Shown here: positions 46,345-51,185 of the stretch, piece after piece | Layout of the letters: every line of letters starts with the position of its first letter | Position numbering within the stretch: the first letter of the stretch is position 1 | Source of the DNA: a virus | Lineage: Duplodnaviria > Caudoviricetes | DNA: 51,185 nucleotides | Strand: one strand, 5' to 3' | Virus record (IMG/VR): IMGVR_UViG_3300027747_001067 | Coordinates: 1 to 51,185 of that record | The notes under the pieces: generated by a model | Seen by the model: only the letters and a program-made list of their open reading frames with translations | Databases searched by the model: none | What the model was told of the DNA's origin: nothing | Translations under genes and position numbers: made by a program

Positions 46345-47596
46345 TTGCTGTCTCCTTTGGTGCGTCTCGATCAACGATGACAAAACCTTCTTGCATCACG
46401 ATGTCTGGCCACTCCGAAACAGGACGCAAGACAAACGGTGCGTATGTGTCGAGTGTACCAGTACCATGAACTTCTGTGGGCCACGGATACTCATGCGGTT
46501 CAATCTCTGCAATGCGCCACTTGTTGAGAGCGGCGAGGCGCGCACGATACTGACCTACCCACTGTTTGTCTAGTAGGGCAGTACCCGAAGTGAAAGATAA
46601 ATCCACAAGAGGTTCAGCCACCCGCTCTGCCTTGAGGTGCACATAGTCCTTCTCACCCATGTACCACTGGCGGCAGCGCTCAATGTAGTTCTCTAGCCGG
46701 GGCTCCCCTGTGTACACTTTCTCATTGCGAGGCTCGCCCTTGCGGGGTCCACTCTTGAATGGCGTGGTGTCCAGGATGTAGTCCCTATCGGACTGGCCGA
46801 AGGAGATGGTGGGCTTACGCACAATGGCGTGAAGCATGCCCCCCACGGTGGTGTCATCGGGCAGATCGAACTGCTTCTGCAACTGGCCACGCTGCAACAG
46901 ATCGTGGGCGATGCTCATGTAGTGCTGGGTCTGTGGCTCAATTGGGCACGAGGCTCCACGGATGCGAGGGCTGATGCCCGTGGTCTTGTAGTCCACGATC
47001 CACAAGGAGCGCTGTGGCTTGTGGAACAGCAGCAAGTCAGGCTGCATAACACAGGTCACAGGGTCCATGCGCTTGTCGTCCAGTGTCAGGTCTGTACGCA
47101 GCAGGCACTCGTTGCACAGGGGGACAAAGTCAGGCCCGCTTAAGAACTCGTGCATGCTACGACCATTGGCAAGGGACCCCTCGATGGGCAGGTCCTTGGA
47201 CACGAGGGACCAGGCCCACCCGCAAGTGGCGTCCTGCTCTTCGACGGCAACGATCTCACGCGTGCGTTGGTCCCCAATGGACAGCTCCTTGCATACGCTA
47301 CGCATCTCGTCAATGCGTGCCTCAAGCTTGGCCTGGTATTGGATGTGGGCTGACTCCACGGTGTTGCTGGGGTTCATCAGCAACTCGAGGGCCGCGTGGA
47401 ACCACGTGCCCTGCGAGAGGGCCACGCTGTAGCGCAGCGCTGGGACGAGGCCCAGCTTGCGAGTGAGGTAGTAGTGGAATGGGGATCCGAGCGAACGGAA
47501 GTCGGATGATCGGACGGGGGGACGACGCTCAACCAGACCGTGCTGGGCGAGCAGATCACGCGACCCCACTGGGGTCGACCGGAACTCAGGTGGCAT
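46334..47596 (-). CDS. PD-(D/E)XK exonuclease (RecB/Cas4-like)
   Basis: ALSQGTWFHAALE, QPDLL, WIVDYKTT and QTQHY motifs; AGGAG RBS. Confidence 0.85.
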   Translation of the reverse strand: MPPEFRSTPVGSRDLLAQHGLVERRPPVRSSDFRSLGSPFHYYLTRKLGLVPALRYSVALSQGTWFHAALELLMNPSNTVESAHIQYQAKLEARIDEMRSVCKELSIGDQRTREIVAVEEQDATCGWAWSLVSKDLPIEGSLANGRSMHEFLSGPDFVPLCNECLLRTDLTLDDKRMDPVTCVMQPDLLLFHKPQRSLWIVDYKTTGISPRIRGASCPIEPQTQHYMSIAHDLLQRGQLQKQFDLPDDTTVGGMLHAIVRKPTISFGQSDRDYILDTTPFKSGPRKGEPRNEKVYTGEPRLENYIERCRQWYMGEKDYVHLKAERVAEPLVDLSFTSGTALLDKQWVGQYRARLAALNKWRIAEIEPHEYPWPTEVHGTGTLDTYAPFVLRPVSEWPDIVMQEGFVIVDRDAPKETANVQ

Positions 47597-47608
47597 ATTG
47601 TTCTCCTG

Positions 47609-48988
47609 TTAGGTGGTAGTAAGTAAGTTTAGTTCAGTTTGCGTCTTAGTCACTGGCCAGTACTTGACCTGTGCAAAAGTCATGCACGGCATATAATTTC
47701 CGTAACTTGTTGTTGGAAGCCTGCCCAACACAAACTTCGTTGAGGCATACAGGTCTCCAGTTCCTGCCCTGTTGATAGTTCCAACTGTTCCACCATTCAA
47801 AACTGCAGCAACGATTGGATCGCTAGTTGTGTTAACGCTGCAAGCATAACGTGTTTGTGCGTTGAGGGTGTACCCTCTATACACTTCATTTGGACCACCA
47901 GAACTCAAACTTGGTCCGCGCGCTGCAACGCCAATATTGGTAGAGTTTGTGAACACTTCAAATGTTGGTCGTGGACTAGGGCTGTTACTGTCCATAAACC
48001 CGACGATCTCTGTGTAAGCACCGGGTGTTTGCTTGTGAATGATGCCGCTCCAGTAAAGCGTACCGTTGGTGGTGCTCACTTGGAAAGGAGAAGCATCAGC
48101 AATGAAACACTGGTCAGCTGCTCGTGTCACAGCAGCAGTAGTTGTTGGGATGTACGAGGATGCTCCGTTGCCTGCTTCAAGTTGCGCGCCCCAAACGTAA
48201 ATGCCGCTTCCAGTAGTCCCTGCATATGAGGTTGTGGTTCCGTCTGTAGACAGCCTCATTTGACAGTTTGCGCTTGTTTGTCCAGCAGCGGTTGTAAATC
48301 GCATTTCAATCCGATACCACCCGGTTGTTCCGATTGCTGTAACCCTTGTGTTACCGGCGACTGATTCGCTAACAATGTTTCCGTTTGACAGGTTTACCAT
48401 GTTAGTCGCGCTGCTTCCACCGTTTTCATACAGCTGGACAAATGTTCGTTCGACTGCTTTTGCCCAAACGCTGAAGGTATATGCCGTTGAAGCAGAGGCA
48501 GTAGGCACACTTAATGTTGCATGCACTCCGTTTGTAGTTGTTTCTTCAACTTTGACAACTGTTCCGCTTGATCCAGTTGGGTTGGTGGTTGTGACTGTTC
48601 CTCTTGTCGTATTCACTGCTGAGAAGTTCCAGTTCACTGCGCCGCCAGTAGTTTGAAATGACTCACTCCAGTTCAACAGGTTCGTTGCGCTTCCCTCAAT
48701 TAGCAGCCCTCGAGGGGCTAGCGTGGTCGGGTTGTAGTCAAAGCGTGGCACACCAGCAGCAACACTTTGCACATAACCACTGCTGTTGATAAAGGTGGCT
48801 GTTCCAACTGCACCTGAAGTGGTTGAAGAACTTCTATCAAAGGTGAAGCGCGAATCCAGAGATGACATCTGGGTAAAGTCAAGGGTGAGCGTGGACCCGT
48901 CGCTTGCTTCGAGTGCGGGGTAGATGCGGTTACGCTGATCGCGTGTGCCGAAGGCGTCAAGAGAAGACGCGCGTGTTCTGTTCATCAC
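47609..48988 (-). CDS. Virion spike/fibre-like carbohydrate-binding protein
   Basis: LDF..., ATFINSSG, PRFDYNP...RGLLIEGSATNLL, YTFSVWAK, GWYRI, WGAQLEAG..ASSYIPTTTAAVTRAAD: recurrent phage spike/fibre signature. Confidence 0.75.
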   Translation of the reverse strand: MMNRTRASSLDAFGTRDQRNRIYPALEASDGSTLTLDFTQMSSLDSRFTFDRSSSTTSGAVGTATFINSSGYVQSVAAGVPRFDYNPTTLAPRGLLIEGSATNLLNWSESFQTTGGAVNWNFSAVNTTRGTVTTTNPTGSSGTVVKVEETTTNGVHATLSVPTASASTAYTFSVWAKAVERTFVQLYENGGSSATNMVNLSNGNIVSESVAGNTRVTAIGTTGWYRIEMRFTTAAGQTSANCQMRLSTDGTTTSYAGTTGSGIYVWGAQLEAGNGASSYIPTTTAAVTRAADQCFIADASPFQVSTTNGTLYWSGIIHKQTPGAYTEIVGFMDSNSPSPRPTFEVFTNSTNIGVAARGPSLSSGGPNEVYRGYTLNAQTRYACSVNTTSDPIVAAVLNGGTVGTINRAGTGDLYASTKFVLGRLPTTSYGNYMPCMTFAQVKYWPVTKTQTELNLLTTT

Positions 48989-49503
48989 ATCTCCCCAACG
49001 TGGGCGTTCACCTTAGTGCCAGCAGTGGCAACAAAGTTCAACTCAACCAGTTCAAAACCCTGGGAGTCAACGACAAAGTAAGCGTCCGTGTTGCCCGTGG
49101 AAGGTGCAAACAGTTTGGCATCACCCGCACCCTTGGTCAGGGTTGCTGCGGCCAGAAGTTCCGTGCCGTTGAGGGTGAGACCGGTGCTTGCAGAACGAAG
49201 GCTAGCCATGGTGACTTCGGCAATCAGGTGGGGGATCCAGTAGCGGGTATCGCTGCATAGGGCCCAGCCAATTACACGGATAGTGGGAGTAGCAGCAGAA
49301 GCCCAAGGGTGAATCTTCATGTAGTTCGAAGTGGAACCAAAGACGATTGAGCCACGAGTTGCCGTAGTAGTGCTCACGTCAGTTGCGGGCCGGGTCGTAG
49401 TGGGGTTACGAACCTGCGCGGTTGCTGCGGTAGTGACATCCGTACTACTCTTGTTGCCAAGATAGGTGTTGCGGACGATGGTGTTGAGCATCACGTGTGG
49501 CAT
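48985..49503 (-). CDS. Beta-rich, Thr-rich putative structural protein
   Basis: 172 aa, translationally coupled to the spike-like gene. Confidence 0.6.
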   Translation of the reverse strand: MPHVMLNTIVRNTYLGNKSSTDVTTAATAQVRNPTTTRPATDVSTTTATRGSIVFGSTSNYMKIHPWASAATPTIRVIGWALCSDTRYWIPHLIAEVTMASLRSASTGLTLNGTELLAAATLTKGAGDAKLFAPSTGNTDAYFVVDSQGFELVELNFVATAGTKVNAHVGEM

Positions 49504-50045
49504 GGTGGTTCCTCAGAGGGGGTGATAGTGGGGAGTATAGGGCACAGTGCCGCGTTGACCAAGAGGCGTACTGCCCACTCGGCCACGGCACGGCGTGCAC
49601 TCATGCTGGTGTTCGGTAAGAGAATCAGACCAATGTTTCTTTCAAGCAAGATGCGATGCAGGGCGTCGATCGCATTCCAGGGATCAGGCAGATCCTTGGT
49701 GGGGTTCATGGTGTCGAGCAGGTTCCCTTCGAGCAGGAGGTAGGGGTAGAAGCAGGCTTCTTTGAGTCGGTCCATTGCCGCTGTGAATTTGCGGCGACCG
49801 TCGGCGGTCAAGCAGTTCCCTGCCACCTCGGCTAGTGAACCCTTCCGCTCGATTAGACAGGCGACTTCGTACCCCTTGAGTGCGTAGTCCCCGGTGACGA
49901 GCGTGACCTTCTCGGTCTTGAGGCGGTGGGTTCGTGAACTCCGGGAGAGAGCAGGCAGGTCCGACCGAAGCGACGGAAGGTGCTCCGGAAAGGGCAGCGG
50001 CTTCTTCTCCCTAGAGTCCACGAGGATCGTGAGTTCGTTGTTCAC
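49491..50045 (-). CDS. ERCC4/XPF-type nuclease
   Basis: ILVDSREKKP, TGDY, LIERKGSLAE and YLLLEG motifs. Confidence 0.85.
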   Translation of the reverse strand: MNNELTILVDSREKKPLPFPEHLPSLRSDLPALSRSSRTHRLKTEKVTLVTGDYALKGYEVACLIERKGSLAEVAGNCLTADGRRKFTAAMDRLKEACFYPYLLLEGNLLDTMNPTKDLPDPWNAIDALHRILLERNIGLILLPNTSMSARRAVAEWAVRLLVNAALCPILPTITPSEEPPCHT

Positions 50046-50054
50046 CCCCGTAGC

Positions 50055-51185
50055 CTAGCTGAAGTCGTACTCCAAGGGAACTGTGTTGCCGTAGTGGGAC
50101 TGGAGCTTGGCCCAGTACCCGGTGTCACGGACCTCCTCAATGTGGGACTTGATCTTGGACTTGAGGGTGTCGAGGTCCACGGAGGGGTGGACGTCGAGGT
50201 AGACCGCGTCATAGATCTGGAGGAACATCTTGACGTGGGGGGACAGGAGGGGGGCGATGGCTCGCTGGATTGCGAGGAGGGTGTTGCCGGCCTGGGTCTG
50301 GATAGGGAAGTTGACGATCTCGTTGAGGTGCTCGTCGCTTCCCCCCACGAAGGTGCGGGACTGGCCGGTAAAGGGAAGGACAAGGTGGCCGTCGATGTCG
50401 GCGCGTCGGAGAAGGGAATGCTGCCAGGCATGGAGGCCGGGGCGGGCGTCGGGTCGGGTCTCGGCTACCTGCTCGAAGAAGGACAGGGGCATGAGCTGGC
50501 CGGTCATCTCGTGTACTGACATCCGCATGCGGAAGGGGGAGGCAAGGAAGAGGTCGGCGAAGTTCATGGTCTTGCCCACTTGACGTTCAAGTTTCTTGAA
50601 GGTTTGTGAAGTAAGGCAGGTCTTGCCGAAGAGTTGGACGGCTCGGTCTGTGTGCAGGTCGAGTCCATTGTTGAAGGCGTCAAGGAGAGACCTGTCGCCA
50701 GAGCACAGGGCAGCTACGCGAAGCTCGATCTGCGAGAGGTCGAGAGACAGGATCGTGCCACCATGGAAGCGGGACTTGATGCAGGCTTTGATCTCAGGCG
50801 GGAAGGTCTGGGCCGAGGGACTCTTGCAGGTGATGCGGCCCTGAATGGTGCCACCTTCGGAACCCGAGTTGTCCTTCGATGCGGATGGCACGGGATACCA
50901 GACTGGGAAGGCGAGCCCGTCAGCCTCGCCGGGGTATGGGAGCGGGAGAACGGTGGACGACTTGTCTTCGGGCTTGTTGCGCTTGCCCTCGAGCAGGGGC
51001 CAGATGTAAGTGGAGAGCATCTTCTGTGCGCGCTGATGAGCGGCTGCAGCTGTGAGTACGGCGATCTCCTTGGTGTCAGTGTCGAGGAGGAAGCCACGGA
51101 TCAGGTTGCGGTTGGCGTCAGAGAATGAGAAGGCCCGGGTCTTCTCGGTGAACTGGGCAAGGGGGTGGGAGAGGACGTCGATGTT
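50055..51185 (-). CDS. polA: Family A DNA polymerase, C-terminal polymerase domain
   Basis: GTIQGRITCKSPSAQT, motif A LDLSQIELRVAA, DLHT, motif B RQVGKTMNF, NFPIQ, motif C QIYDA; frame open up to 51185. Confidence 0.92.
   Translation of the reverse strand, partial: NIDVLSHPLAQFTEKTRAFSFSDANRNLIRGFLLDTDTKEIAVLTAAAAHQRAQKMLSTYIWPLLEGKRNKPEDKSSTVLPLPYPGEADGLAFPVWYPVPSASKDNSGSEGGTIQGRITCKSPSAQTFPPEIKACIKSRFHGGTILSLDLSQIELRVAALCSGDRSLLDAFNNGLDLHTDRAVQLFGKTCLTSQTFKKLERQVGKTMNFADLFLASPFRMRMSVHEMTGQLMPLSFFEQVAETRPDARPGLHAWQHSLLRRADIDGHLVLPFTGQSRTFVGGSDEHLNEIVNFPIQTQAGNTLLAIQRAIAPLLSPHVKMFLQIYDAVYLDVHPSVDLDTLKSKIKSHIEEVRDTGYWAKLQSHYGNTVPLEYDFS

Larger units (their letters stand above)
337..50348 (+). 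repeat. Dispersed, strand-biased 9-mer GTGGGGGGA
   Basis: Manual count: 18 plus-strand and 4 minus-strand exact copies, plus near variants; positions listed in findings. Confidence 0.8.

Noticed and set aside
46334-47596. Cas4-like nuclease as evidence of a CRISPR system
   Set aside because: No repeat-spacer array or other cas genes seen; context is the usual phage exonuclease-ATPase-SSB module.
1-51185. Integrase, transposase, reverse transcriptase/DGR or alternative genetic code
   Set aside because: No such motifs noticed, and genes tile both blocks under the standard code.

Overview
The window looks like one complete, circularly permuted ~51.2 kb tailed-phage genome. A family A DNA polymerase starts at 864 on the minus strand, runs off position 1 and continues in frame from 51185 to 50055. 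Minus-strand blocks (43285-51185 and 1-11399) carry replication, recombination and early genes: PolA, ERCC4-type nuclease, PD-(D/E)XK exonuclease, Sak4/AAA_24-like ATPase, two SSB-like genes, family 4 UDG, a MoxR-type AAA+/vWA pair and an SF3 helicase with no primase domain. A plus-strand block (11439-43333) carries terminase, portal, scaffold, major capsid, podovirus-like tail and internal proteins, and accessory genes. I recognised no integrase, tRNA, CRISPR array, primase or endolysin. A GACC cysteine repeat points tentatively to a Planctomycetota (Phycisphaerae-like) host. The most unusual signals are: (1) a strand-polarised, frame-independent 9-mer GTGGGGGGA found about 22 times at roughly 2-3 kb spacing, alongside a primase-less helicase and a PolA with deviant motifs B and C; (2) four repeated ~90-nt leader modules before early genes; (3) a GACCA/TGGTC iteron-like cluster at a G/C skew switch; (4) a candidate pseudoknotted RNA after the capsid gene. 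All product calls come from motif recognition by eye, not database searches, and counts are manual.
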